DNA from: Candidatus Woesearchaeota archaeon
GTDB taxonomy: Archaea > Nanobdellota > Nanobdellia > Woesearchaeales > GW2011-AR9
DNA: 50,625 nucleotides
Direction: 5' to 3'
Assembly: GCA_018657845.1 (NCBI GenBank)
Contig: JABHWJ010000013.1
Location: forward strand, 1-50,625
The notes below the pieces were generated by a model. That model had not been told where the DNA came from. It made no database searches and worked only from the letters and a program-made list of their open reading frames with translations. The translations under genes and the position numbers were made by a program. Positions 29,095 to 39,109 of this stretch are shown one piece after another. How positions within the stretch are numbered: the stretch's first letter is position 1; each line of letters starts with the position of its first letter.

Positions 29095-30125
29095 CTCCGG
29101 AAGTAAAAGCACAATTAGAAGAGCAGAAGAAGCAGTGTGTCTTTTGTAAATTAATTTCTGGAGAGATGGAAGCAAAGAAGGTTTTTGAAGATAATATTGT
29201 TATTGGTATGTTGGATATTTATCCGGCGAAGAAAGGACATGTATTGTATATGTTAAAAGAGCATTATCCAATTATGCCATATATTCCCCCAGATGAGTTT
29301 AAACATTTTTTTGGTTTGGTGCCAAAAGTGTGTGGGGCGATTAAAGAAGGATTAGTGACGACTGGGGCGAATTTGTTTATTGCTAATGGTTTTGTGGCTG
29401 GGCAGAAAGCAGCTCATTTCTTAGCGAATGTTTTTCCAAGAGATAATGGGGATGGGTTTTTTAACTTTTTATTTAAGTTAAGAGACAATACCTTAACAGA
29501 AGAACAGATTAAGATGTTGGGTCATAATTTTCCTTTGATGATGAATAATCATTTTACTAGAAATCCAGCAGAGTGGCATAAAGGAAAAGGAGAAGTCCCT
29601 AATTTTTTGAAAGAGATTTATGAAAGTTCTATTCCAATTTATGAGGATGAAAAGGTGCTTTGTATTCTTCCAAATAAAGAGTTGATTGGAGGCCATATAG
29701 AAATCTATAGTAAATTAGAAGAGAAGTTTATTGAGAAACTTTCTATTGAAGATTCAAGCCATTTATTTTTTACAGCTTCGTTTGCGGCTACGGCATTGTT
29801 TGAAGGGTTGAAGGCTCAGGGAACAAACATTATTTTAAAATCCGGTTTTTCTGACGATAACAAAGAAGGGAAGTTGTGTGTTCACGTTTTACCTCGATCA
29901 GAGAATGATGGTTTACAAGGAATGATGTGGGAACCAAAACCTCCAAAAGATGAATTGGATGTTGTGCTGAAGAAGATAAAAGAAGAAGTATGGAAAATTA
30001 AATATGTAGAAGAAAAGAAAGTTGAAGAGAAGAAAAGAGAACCAGAAGTGATTAAGATAAAAGTTGAGAAAAAAGAAAGTTCTTCTGATGAAATCCGGAA
30101 GGCGTTAGAAAGAATAAAAAATTAA
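29085..30125 (+). CDS. Tandem HIT-domain protein with degenerate histidine triads
   Basis: CVFCKLI, LDIYPAKKGH, NG..AGQ..HFLANVFPR; second copy IYEDEK..GHI..VHVLPR. Confidence 0.8.
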   Translation: MQITPEVKAQLEEQKKQCVFCKLISGEMEAKKVFEDNIVIGMLDIYPAKKGHVLYMLKEHYPIMPYIPPDEFKHFFGLVPKVCGAIKEGLVTTGANLFIANGFVAGQKAAHFLANVFPRDNGDGFFNFLFKLRDNTLTEEQIKMLGHNFPLMMNNHFTRNPAEWHKGKGEVPNFLKEIYESSIPIYEDEKVLCILPNKELIGGHIEIYSKLEEKFIEKLSIEDSSHLFFTASFAATALFEGLKAQGTNIILKSGFSDDNKEGKLCVHVLPRSENDGLQGMMWEPKPPKDELDVVLKKIKEEVWKIKYVEEKKVEEKKREPEVIKIKVEKKESSSDEIRKALERIKN

Positions 30126-30137
30126 TTATACTCTAAG

Positions 30138-30493
30138 ATGGAACCTTTAAACACTTATTTAACGAAGAAAGGATGGTCTGATGACTTGGAGAAAACTATA
30201 GAAAGATATCCATATCTATTTGCAATTTTTTTAAAGAAGGTCATTGGCAGGCACTCGTCCCTGGTTGGAATATTGTTTATTTCACTAAAGAGTATTTTGC
30301 TGGAGTGAAACATATTAAAGAACATCAGGATTTACTTAGACAATTTGAAAATGATCGACTATTAATAAACAAATATACTAATCAAAGAGAGGTTGCAAAA
30401 GTGATGGGAGATACTGTTACTGCAGATCATTTAGATGAGAAAATATCTTTTTTGGCTCAATCTCAAGTTTATAGGATTTCTAATCTTAAATAA
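30138..30493 (+). pseudogene. Hypothetical gene split by a -1 frameshift at a T7 run (30226-30232)
   Basis: Frame 0 ORF 30138-30308; -1 frame open 30185-30493; junction reads ATT TTT TTA AAG. Confidence 0.5.
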
Positions 30494-30508
30494 TATCCAT
30501 CTGTTCTT

Positions 30509-31813
30509 CTATTCTCCATCAAATTTTACTAAATGAAAAATATCATATCCTTGCAGTTTTTCTCTTCCTTTAAGGTCTGGGAGATCAATTATAATTGCAA
30601 TCCCAGATATGGTTCCACTTAATTTTTCCACTAGACGACAAGCAGCTTTCATAGTTCCTCCGGTGGCTAAGAGATCATCAATGATAACCACATTATCTTC
30701 TGCACTAATAGAATCTTTGTGCATTTCAATTTGGTCAATACCATATTCTAATTCATATTCCTGAGAAACAGTTTCAGGAGGAAGTTTTCCCTTTTTTCTT
30801 ATTAGCACCAAAGGAAGATTTAATTCGTGGGCAAGAACTGAAGCAAAAATGAATCCTCTAGAATCAATACCTACTATTTTTGTAGGGTTCTTTTTTTTAC
30901 AATATTCCTTTAGTTTAGTTATTGAATGTTTAAATGCTTTGGGATCTCTTAGTAAGGTAGAAACATCTCGAAACATTACTCCTTGTTTAGGCCAGTGAGG
31001 AGTTGTTCTGATTGATTTCTTTAAGTCAAATTCTTTTTCGTTTTCTGTTATTGGTTGAGATGGTTGTCCAACTTTGGGAATTGTATTAGTGAGTAAATTA
31101 GTTACTTTCTCGACATTTTGTTCAAATATTTCTAATACGGCTTCCCAGGTTACTGGTTCTTCGTTTTCTTTCCAACAATCATAATCTGTGGACATGGCAA
31201 TAGCAGCATAAGGGATATTAATTTCGTTAGCGAGGGTAGCTTCAGGAGCAATAGACATGTTAATAATGTCTGCGCCCCAAGCTCTGAACATATGAGATTC
31301 GGCCTTTGTTGAAAACCGGGGCCCTTCAATGGTAACTACAGTTCCTTTTTTATGGTGGTCTATTTTAAGTTCTTCAGCAGTTTTTACTAGAGCTTCTCGA
31401 AGTTGTTGATTGAAAGGATTGGCCATGGGAGTATGAGCTATTTTTCCTGGCTGGAATGATTCATGAAAAGAAATTTTTCTATGTCTGGTGAAATCAATGA
31501 ATTGATCAATGATAATAAAATCTCCTCGTTTGATTTCTTCCTTAAGACTTCCACAAGCAGTGGTTGCTAAGATATGGGTGCAACCAGCATCTTTGAGAGC
31601 TTGAATGTTGGCACGAAAGTTAATTTGGGTTGGAGGAATGGTGTGTTGTCGACCATGGCGAGCAAGGAGAACGACTTCAGTGTCATTTATTCTTCCAACT
31701 TTTAATGAAGAAGAAGGTTGACCATAACGTGTGTCAACAATTAGTTCATGAGCGTCTTGTAAAATATCTGGGTTGTTTAGTCCAGATCCACCGATGATTC
31801 CAATTTTTACCAT
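30509..31813 (-). CDS. 5'-methylthioadenosine phosphorylase fused to adenine phosphoribosyltransferase (MTAP-APRT)
   Basis: N-terminal GIIGGSG, LARHGRQH, IEGPRFSTKAES, INMS, STDYDCW; C-terminal WPKQGVMFRD, SRGF, IRKKGKLP, YELEYG, IDDLLATGGT. Confidence 0.93.
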   Translation of the reverse strand: MVKIGIIGGSGLNNPDILQDAHELIVDTRYGQPSSSLKVGRINDTEVVLLARHGRQHTIPPTQINFRANIQALKDAGCTHILATTACGSLKEEIKRGDFIIIDQFIDFTRHRKISFHESFQPGKIAHTPMANPFNQQLREALVKTAEELKIDHHKKGTVVTIEGPRFSTKAESHMFRAWGADIINMSIAPEATLANEINIPYAAIAMSTDYDCWKENEEPVTWEAVLEIFEQNVEKVTNLLTNTIPKVGQPSQPITENEKEFDLKKSIRTTPHWPKQGVMFRDVSTLLRDPKAFKHSITKLKEYCKKKNPTKIVGIDSRGFIFASVLAHELNLPLVLIRKKGKLPPETVSQEYELEYGIDQIEMHKDSISAEDNVVIIDDLLATGGTMKAACRLVEKLSGTISGIAIIIDLPDLKGREKLQGYDIFHLVKFDGE

Positions 31814-31814
31814 T

Positions 31815-32798
31815 TTAATTTACCTCTTGTTTGAGTTGTTCGGAGTTTAGATCTTTTAAGTTTACACCAATTCTCTCTACCACTTTTGATGCTAATAATG
31901 AACCCAATTTTCCAGCTTTTTCTAAGTCCCAATCATTACAGAAACCATAAAGAAATCCGGCAGCATAACTATCTCCTGCCCCAGTTGTGTCAATAGCTTC
32001 GGTGAGGAAGGGTTCGATAAAGTTAACAATTCCATCTTTGCAGATTAAGGAACCTTCTTTGCCAATTTTAACAATGGCGATTTTAACATGGTTGGCTAAT
32101 TCTTGAACAGCTTCTTCTGGTTCTAGGCCAGTAAATTCTTTAGCTTCAGTTTCATTAACAAAAACAATGTCTGCATGATTCATTACTAAATCTTTAAGAA
32201 ATTCTTTATTTCTTCTGATTAATCCTGGATCGGCTAGGTCAATAGAAACTAACGTGTTGTGTTTCTTGGCTAGTTCGATTGCATGTAGGATTGTTTCTTT
32301 AGTTGGCCCTTCAATTTGGTAACCTTCTAAATGGAGGACTTTGCTTTTTTGAATGTCTTCTTCTAAGACGTCTTCTTTAGCTAACTGAATTGCTGCCCCT
32401 AAGTGAACGGAGAAAGTTCGTTCTGAATCTGGAGTGATGAAGGTCAGGGCGTGACCAGTTATGGATGGGTGGGTGTTTATTTTTGTAGAGACTCCGTTTT
32501 TTTGTATCTCTTGGATGTAGATTTCACCATGTTCATCAGTACCTACTTTTCCGCAAAGAATAGATTTTCCTCCGAGGAAAGAGATACACTTGAGAGTGTT
32601 TGCTGCACTACCTCCAGGAACTTTTTCTATTTTTAATTGGTGTTGGTTGATTTTTTCTAAAAGAAGTTTTGCTTGATCTTCTTCAACGAGATGCATTTCT
32701 CCTTTAGCTAAATTAAATTCAAGAAGTTTATTATCATCTACTTCTACAAGAAGGTCCATTAAGGCATTTCCTAAACCGATTACGTCGTATGTTTTCAT
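31815..32798 (-). CDS. PfkB-family kinase, adenosine kinase-like
   Basis: GNALMD, GGSAANT, LEGY, FVNETEA, DTTGAGDSYAAGFL; operon context. Confidence 0.85.
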   Translation of the reverse strand: MKTYDVIGLGNALMDLLVEVDDNKLLEFNLAKGEMHLVEEDQAKLLLEKINQHQLKIEKVPGGSAANTLKCISFLGGKSILCGKVGTDEHGEIYIQEIQKNGVSTKINTHPSITGHALTFITPDSERTFSVHLGAAIQLAKEDVLEEDIQKSKVLHLEGYQIEGPTKETILHAIELAKKHNTLVSIDLADPGLIRRNKEFLKDLVMNHADIVFVNETEAKEFTGLEPEEAVQELANHVKIAIVKIGKEGSLICKDGIVNFIEPFLTEAIDTTGAGDSYAAGFLYGFCNDWDLEKAGKLGSLLASKVVERIGVNLKDLNSEQLKQEVN

Positions 32799-32812
32799 TT
32801 TTTGTATTTGGG

Positions 32813-34225
32813 TTAATATCTGTAATGCTCTGATTTATATGGCCCTTCTTTTGGAACATCTAGATATTTAGATTGTTTGTCAGTCATGACATCAAGTTCT
32901 ACTCCGATTTTTTTCAGATGCAGTCTAGCAACTTCTTCATCTAATTCTTTTGGTAGAACAGTTACGCCAAGTTCATGAGGTTTTGTCCACAATTCAATTT
33001 GAGCAAGAACTTGGTTAGTGAAACTGTTTGACATTACAAAACTAGGGTGGCCAGTTGCACATCCTAAATTAATTAATCTTCCTTCTGCAAGAATATAGAT
33101 TTCTTTTCCATCCAAAGTATATTTGTCATATTGTGGTTTGATGTTTTCTTTAGTTGCTCCAGATTTGTTATCTAACCAATCCATATCAATTTCGTTGTCA
33201 AAGTGACCGATGTTACAAACTATCGCTTGGTCTTTCATCATTTGAAAATGTCTGTCAACGATGACATGATAATTTCCAGTAGTTGTTACAAAGAGATCTC
33301 CTTCTTTGGCAGCGTTGTCCATCTTTTTAACTTCATATCCTTCCATTGCTGCTTGTAAAGCATTAATTGGATCGATTTCTGTTACAACTACACGACAACC
33401 ATATCCTTTAAGTGATTGGGCGCAACCTTTTCCAACATCTCCATAACCAGCAACAACCGCAACTTTTCCTGCTAACATTACATCGGTTGCTCTTTTGATT
33501 CCATCAACTAAAGATTCTCTACATCCATAAAGATTGTCGAACTTAGATTTAGTTACAGAATCATTGACGTTAATTGCAGGGAATAAAAGTTTTTTTTTTC
33601 TAGCCATTTGGTAAAGTCTGTGCACACCAGTAGTAGTTTCTTCAGAAACTCCCTTTACTTCTTTAACCACATTAGTCCAACGTTGATTATTTTCGGTGTA
33701 GGTTTCTTTAAGTGAGTTAATTAATTCTTTGAAGTCTTCTCCTTCCGTAGAATAATCTTGTTCTAAAACTGAAGAGTCCTTTTCAATATCTACTCCTTTA
33801 TGGATCATCATGGTAGCATCCCCACCATCATCAACAATTATTGTTGGGCCTTTTCCTTCTCCAAAGTCTAACGCTTTCTTGGTGCACCACCAATATTCTT
33901 TAAGAGATTCTCCTTTCCAGGCAAAAACTGGAATTTCTTGAGCTGCAATCGCAGCAGCAGCATGATCCTGTGTTGAGAAAATATTACAAGAAGCCCATCT
34001 TACTTCTGCTCCGAGAAGTTTGAGGGTTTCGATTAGAACTGCGGTTTGAATTGTCATATGCAAAGAGCCCATGATTCTTGACCCTCGAAGGGGTTTACTT
34101 TCTTGGTATTTTTCTCTAATTGCTATAAGGCCAGGCATCTCTTTCTCGGCAATTTTGATTTCTTTTCTTCCCCAATCTGCTAAGGAGAGGTCTTTTATTT
34201 TATAATCAGTAAAGTTTTCATTCAT
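32813..34225 (-). CDS. ahcY: S-adenosyl-L-homocysteine hydrolase (long form with insertion)
   Basis: [57 protein letters not shown]; AGGTGA SD favours ATG 34225 over GTG 34234. Confidence 0.97.
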   Translation of the reverse strand: MNENFTDYKIKDLSLADWGRKEIKIAEKEMPGLIAIREKYQESKPLRGSRIMGSLHMTIQTAVLIETLKLLGAEVRWASCNIFSTQDHAAAAIAAQEIPVFAWKGESLKEYWWCTKKALDFGEGKGPTIIVDDGGDATMMIHKGVDIEKDSSVLEQDYSTEGEDFKELINSLKETYTENNQRWTNVVKEVKGVSEETTTGVHRLYQMARKKKLLFPAINVNDSVTKSKFDNLYGCRESLVDGIKRATDVMLAGKVAVVAGYGDVGKGCAQSLKGYGCRVVVTEIDPINALQAAMEGYEVKKMDNAAKEGDLFVTTTGNYHVIVDRHFQMMKDQAIVCNIGHFDNEIDMDWLDNKSGATKENIKPQYDKYTLDGKEIYILAEGRLINLGCATGHPSFVMSNSFTNQVLAQIELWTKPHELGVTVLPKELDEEVARLHLKKIGVELDVMTDKQSKYLDVPKEGPYKSEHYRY

Positions 34226-34303
34226 ATTAGTCACCTTTTTGTATTTATTTTAAGGTTGAATCTAAACACAATATATATAAAGATTTAGGAATTATCTTTC
34301 ACT

Positions 34304-35593
34304 ATGGCCAATGCAGGTGATTATGTAAAAATACATACTAAAAAGGGCGTAGAGGAAGGAATCCTAATGCCTAGTTCTGATGAAAATGTGGTTCTTATTA
34401 AATTAGATAGCGGTTATAATTTGGGTTTTGAAAAGAAAAAGATTACTAAGATGAACGTAGTGAAGAAAGGGGTTAAAAAAGAAGAGAAAGGTAAACGGAT
34501 TGTTAAAGACAAGAATTTACCCACCATTGCGATTTTACATACAGGAGGAACGATTGCTTCCAAAGTCGATTATAGGACTGGGGGGGTGGCGACTGAATTT
34601 AGCCCCGAAGAATTAATAAAATTATTTCCAGAGTTGAAGAAGATTGCAAATGTTGAATCAGAATTGATTGCTCAAATGTGGAGTGATGATCTGCGTTTTA
34701 AACATTTTACTTTAATTGCCAAGGCCGTGGAGAAATATGTTAAAAAGGGAGTTAAAGGAATTATTGTAGGAATAGGAACAGATAATTTGGCTGTTGCCGC
34801 TGCCGCACTTAGTTTTATGGTGGAGAAAAGTCCAGTTCCGATTGTTTTAGTGGGGGCACAAAGAAGTTCTGACAGAGGAAGTAGTGATGCAGGAATGAAT
34901 TTAATTTGTGCAGCAGAGTTTGTGGTTAAATCTGATTTTGGAGGTGTAGGAATTTGTATGCATGAAAGATCTGGTGATAATAATTGTTTGATTTTGTCTG
35001 CGAGTAAAACTTATAAATTACATTCTTCTCGTCGAGATGCGTTTAGGCCGGTGAATTCTGAGGCTCTTGCTAAAATAAATTATAAAACTCGTGAAATTAA
35101 GTTTTTGACTAAAGATTATCCCCATAAAAGTAAAGAATTAGTGGTTAAATCAAAGATGGAAGAAAAGGTTGGTTTGTTAAAGATTCATGTCAACATGTTT
35201 CCTGAACAGTTTTCATTTTTTCAAGGTTATAAGGGATTAGTAATAGAAGGAACTGGATTAGGACATACTCCAGGACAAGTTCCTAATCCTGACTGCATAG
35301 TGCATAAGAAAATCTATCCAGCGATCAAAAAATTAGTGGATTCTGGTTGTGTGGTAGTGATGACTACTCAATGTATTTTTGGTGGAGTAAATATGAATGT
35401 TTATGATAAAGGTCGAGATTTGTTGTCGTTAGGAGTAGTATCTGGAGGAGATATGTTAGCTAACACTGCCTTAGTGAAGTTATCTTGGTTATTGGGAAAT
35501 TATCCTCAAAAAGAAGTTGTAAGGTTTGTGGGGAAGGATTTTCGAGGAGAGATTAATAAAAATATTAGTTATGAAGAAGACTTTTTAAAATGA
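34304..35593 (+). CDS. gatD: Glutamyl-tRNA(Gln) amidotransferase subunit D
   Basis: KLDSGYNLG N-domain, TGGTIASKVDYRTG, GTD, GAQRSSDRGSSD, SRRDAF, GTGLGH. Confidence 0.95.
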   Translation: MANAGDYVKIHTKKGVEEGILMPSSDENVVLIKLDSGYNLGFEKKKITKMNVVKKGVKKEEKGKRIVKDKNLPTIAILHTGGTIASKVDYRTGGVATEFSPEELIKLFPELKKIANVESELIAQMWSDDLRFKHFTLIAKAVEKYVKKGVKGIIVGIGTDNLAVAAAALSFMVEKSPVPIVLVGAQRSSDRGSSDAGMNLICAAEFVVKSDFGGVGICMHERSGDNNCLILSASKTYKLHSSRRDAFRPVNSEALAKINYKTREIKFLTKDYPHKSKELVVKSKMEEKVGLLKIHVNMFPEQFSFFQGYKGLVIEGTGLGHTPGQVPNPDCIVHKKIYPAIKKLVDSGCVVVMTTQCIFGGVNMNVYDKGRDLLSLGVVSGGDMLANTALVKLSWLLGNYPQKEVVRFVGKDFRGEINKNISYEEDFLK

Positions 35594-35880
35594 AAAAAAG
35601 ATTATTTCTAGTTTTGTTATTGGGGTTGTTTTTAGTAATGTTTACTTTTATGGGCTGTAAAGAGGTTCCGGTAGAGAAACAGTGTTTTGTTGATGAAGAT
35701 TGTGTTAAGGATGTTTGTTGTCATGCTTCTGATGCCGTTAATGTTATTTATGGTCCTGATTGTTCAGGGATATTTTGTACTTCTGTTTGTGCAGAAGGAA
35801 CAACTGACTGTGGCCAAGGAGAATTGAAGTGCAAAAGAGGAGAATGTCAAGTTGTGTTGAAGGAGAATATTGAAGAGTAA
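35590..35880 (+). CDS. Small secreted/lipoprotein-like eight-cysteine protein
   Basis: Signal ending FMGC; C..DEDC...CCH...C...CT..C...C...C....C pattern. Confidence 0.75.
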   Translation: MKKRLFLVLLLGLFLVMFTFMGCKEVPVEKQCFVDEDCVKDVCCHASDAVNVIYGPDCSGIFCTSVCAEGTTDCGQGELKCKRGECQVVLKENIEE

Positions 35881-35949
35881 ATTTTTTGTTGTTCTAATTT
35901 TTTGGGAAAAGGTTTTTAAGTGGAAATCTAATCTGGATTTATTATTTAT

Positions 35950-36081
35950 GCGGGGGTGGCAGAGTCTGGTCAAATGCGCTAGCTTGAGGTGGCGAGAGAC
36001 AAAGTCTTTGAGGTTTACTGTCTACGCCAGCAAACGGCTAGTCCCTTAGTGGGTGCGCGTGTTCAAATCACGTCCCTCGCA
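35950..36081 (+). tRNA. tRNA-Leu (anticodon GAG) with a 46-nt intron at 37/38 (35990-36035)
   Basis: Acceptor GCGGGGG/CCCTCGC+A; anticodon stem CTAGC/GCTAG with GAG at 35986-35988; long variable arm; T arm GCGTG-TTCAAAT-CACGT; CCA not encoded. Confidence 0.92.
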
Positions 36082-36155
36082 CATTTTAATTTTAATTCTG
36101 TGTTAATTAATTCTAATCCAAAGTTATATAAATGAAGAGTTAATTTTGAAAGGTT

Positions 36156-36974
36156 ATGAGTGGTTCAAGAGATATCTGGGAAATTACACAAGAAGTTAAG
36201 AATTTGCCTAAGTTAAATGACCCTGTTTTTATCGAAGGTTTGCCAGGTATAGGTAATGTTGGAAAGATTGCAGTGGATTTTCTAGCTGAAGAATTAAAGG
36301 CTGTGAAATTATTCTCATTTTTTTCGTATAGGTTTCCTCATTCTGTTTTTGTCAATGAAGAGAATATGGTAGAGATGCCAAGAATTGATATTTATTATAA
36401 GAAATTTAGAGGGAAGGATAAACGAGATTTAGTTTTGTTGACTGGGGATTTACAACCAATTGACGAAGAGAGTTGTTATAGTTTTTGTGATGAAGTTATT
36501 AAGATTGCTAAGAACTTAGGATGTAAAGAAATTGTGACTACTGGAGGAATTGGATTACAAAATGCTCCAGAGAAACCAAGAGTTTATTGCACAGGTAATG
36601 ATGAGAAATTAATGAAGAAGTATATCAAAAAAGGAATTATGGTAGAACGAGATATTTTTGGAGTCGTTGGACCAATTGTTGGAGCTTCAGGATTGTTGGT
36701 TGGCCTAGGAAATCTTAGGAAGATATCAGGAGTAGCTTTATTGGCAGAAACATTTGGCCACCCAATGTATTTAGGAATCAAAGGGGCGAAGGAAATTCTT
36801 AAAGTCCTTGATGATCAATTAAATATTGGGATTAATTTTAAGAAATTGAATAAAGAAGTTGTTGATTTAGAAAAAGAAGTGATGAAGAGAACTAAAGATT
36901 GGGCAGCAGCATCATCTAAAGGAAAGATGGAAGTGGCTGGAGCGAAGAAGAAAGAAGCGAGTTATATTGGATAA
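36156..36974 (+). CDS. PAC2-family proteasome assembly chaperone
   Basis: IEGLPGIGNVGKIA, GDLQP, GPIVGASGLL, LLAET, C-terminal YIG; TTATATAA upstream. Confidence 0.9.
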   Translation: MSGSRDIWEITQEVKNLPKLNDPVFIEGLPGIGNVGKIAVDFLAEELKAVKLFSFFSYRFPHSVFVNEENMVEMPRIDIYYKKFRGKDKRDLVLLTGDLQPIDEESCYSFCDEVIKIAKNLGCKEIVTTGGIGLQNAPEKPRVYCTGNDEKLMKKYIKKGIMVERDIFGVVGPIVGASGLLVGLGNLRKISGVALLAETFGHPMYLGIKGAKEILKVLDDQLNIGINFKKLNKEVVDLEKEVMKRTKDWAAASSKGKMEVAGAKKKEASYIG

Positions 36975-37081
36975 TTTTGGTTAAATTAGCTGATTCTTAG
37001 AATTTTTTAGAATTTTTTTAGCGAGGTTGTTTTTTTCTCTTAAACACAACTTTTATAAATAAATATAATATACTTTAGGTC

Positions 37082-39109
37082 ATGCATAAAAAGAGGTGTA
37101 TTAGAGATAGGAATAGTTGGGAGAGTAATAAAAAAGGTCAGCTAACAATTTTTATAATTTTAGGAATTGTGCTTATTATTGCAGTTGCTTTGGGATTGGT
37201 TTTATGGAAAGGGACAGCTGTTTTTAAGCCAAGTAAAATATTTCTTTCAGAAAAAGGAAAAGTAGAATCTCAGATAACTTCTTGTATTTCGATTATAGGG
37301 CAGGAGGCTCTAGATATCATCGGGGCAACAGGAGGATATATTGAAATTCCTGATGAGATTTCTAAGGATGGTGGAAGTCATCTTAAACTTTCTCCATTTA
37401 TACTTGTCCCCTATTGGAGTGTGGGGCAATCAAAAAGAATTCCTTCTATAGATTTAGTCAAGGAAAGAATTGATGCATATATGGAATCAAGATTGCCATC
37501 ATGTATTTTTGCACCCTCTGAATTATTTGATGAATTTGATATTGTTGAAAAAGGTCCAGTGGAATCAAATGTTGAATTAGTAGATGGAGGAATTATCTTT
37601 AATGTTCGATATGATCTAGAAGTTAGAAATAAAGATGGATCTGTAGTTACAGAATTAATTGATCACTTAGCAGAATCTGATATTAAACTAAAGAACCTTC
37701 ATGAGATGGCCAGTGCAATAATGGAAGCTGAATTTGAAGAGTTGAAGTTAGAAGATATAACTATGGATTTAATTTCTCTAGAACACCCAAAGGTTCCTTT
37801 AATTGGTTTTGATATGAGTTGTACTAAAAAGAAATGGAAAGTAAATGAGGTACAAAGTACTTTGCAAGATATGTTAAGAGTTAATGTGGGAGAATTAAAA
37901 GTAAGTGGAACAAATTATGTGGAATTTCCAGAAGAACTTCCCTATTATAATACTCATTATGTTTGGAATGTAGGTTTAGAGGATCCAGAAATTACAGTTA
38001 ATCTAAATTATCAAGATGGGTTTCCGTTTTATTTCCAGGTGACTCCAAGTCAAGGAAATACTATGAAAAGTGGAGTTCTAGGGGGACAAAGTTTGTTATC
38101 CTTTTTATGTTTGCAATCTTGGAAGTTTACTTATGATGTGAGTTATCCAGTGATGGTAGAATTAATTGATGATACTACTGGGTATTTGTTTAATATGGCT
38201 TTTACAGTTCATGTGGTGCGAAATCAAGCTAATCGGAATGAAGCTACCACTACAATAAATCCTTCGCTATTAATTGATATTGGGGGAGATAATGAAGTTT
38301 ATTGTGAAGATTATGCTAAAAAACCATTGTTAGTTAAAACGTATGAGTTAATTCAGAATGAAGAAACAGGAATTTCTGACCATAAGCCTTTGAAAGATGT
38401 AGAGATAAGTTATACTTGTTTAAAGTATACTTGTGAGATGGGTGAAAGTGATTACAATTATGCAAAATATGGCGACGTAGCAATTTTAGATGAGATGTTT
38501 CCTTATTGTCCAGGTGCTTTATTGAGAGGAAACAAAGAAGGATACAAAGAAGCAATGGTGAGAGTAGTAACGGACAAGTATAAAGAAGTTGAGTTGAACA
38601 TGATCCCTATTTATTTATTAGATTCAGAGAAAATAAAAGTTGTTAAACATGGGTTTAAAGATCCTTTAACTGGAATTGAGGATGTTGCGGGGGCAGATGC
38701 TTTGGAAAAAGGAGAATTGGCTTCAGTAAAAATAACTAACAAGAAAGGAGGGGAAGTTTTCCACGAAGCAACATATATTTATCGTATGGAGAAAGGAGGG
38801 TTTAGTTTATTAGATCTTAATGAAGAGGATTCAGCAAAAGCTGAAAGTAGTTTAGAGTTATTGGGAGGAACAGATTTCAGTTATGAATTGGAAATTTATG
38901 TTTTTGATGAAACTGATATCAAAGGAGGATATCAAGGAATTTGGGATGTTGATTGGGATTCTTTGAAAAGTGGAGGAGATGTCGTTTTCCATGTATTAGC
39001 TCAAGACTCATGGGATTCCGATGTTGATATGTTTGATTTTGTAGCAAATTTAGATGTGTATAGTTCATATGTAACGGTTCCAACAATCGGGAGCGTAGGT
39101 GAAGAATGA
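37082..39109 (+). CDS. Large exported protein with class III (type IV pilin-like) signal peptide
   Basis: KKG|QLTIFIILGIVLIIAV; CI......ALD.IG..GGY motif; first gene of a coupled operon. Confidence 0.8.
   Translation: MHKKRCIRDRNSWESNKKGQLTIFIILGIVLIIAVALGLVLWKGTAVFKPSKIFLSEKGKVESQITSCISIIGQEALDIIGATGGYIEIPDEISKDGGSHLKLSPFILVPYWSVGQSKRIPSIDLVKERIDAYMESRLPSCIFAPSELFDEFDIVEKGPVESNVELVDGGIIFNVRYDLEVRNKDGSVVTELIDHLAESDIKLKNLHEMASAIMEAEFEELKLEDITMDLISLEHPKVPLIGFDMSCTKKKWKVNEVQSTLQDMLRVNVGELKVSGTNYVEFPEELPYYNTHYVWNVGLEDPEITVNLNYQDGFPFYFQVTPSQGNTMKSGVLGGQSLLSFLCLQSWKFTYDVSYPVMVELIDDTTGYLFNMAFTVHVVRNQANRNEATTTINPSLLIDIGGDNEVYCEDYAKKPLLVKTYELIQNEETGISDHKPLKDVEISYTCLKYTCEMGESDYNYAKYGDVAILDEMFPYCPGALLRGNKEGYKEAMVRVVTDKYKEVELNMIPIYLLDSEKIKVVKHGFKDPLTGIEDVAGADALEKGELASVKITNKKGGEVFHEATYIYRMEKGGFSLLDLNEEDSAKAESSLELLGGTDFSYELEIYVFDETDIKGGYQGIWDVDWDSLKSGGDVVFHVLAQDSWDSDVDMFDFVANLDVYSSYVTVPTIGSVGEE

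Noticed and set aside
35950-36081. tRNA as integration site of the downstream large operon
   Set aside because: No duplicated tRNA 3' end seen, no adjacent integrase, and the next gene is housekeeping PAC2
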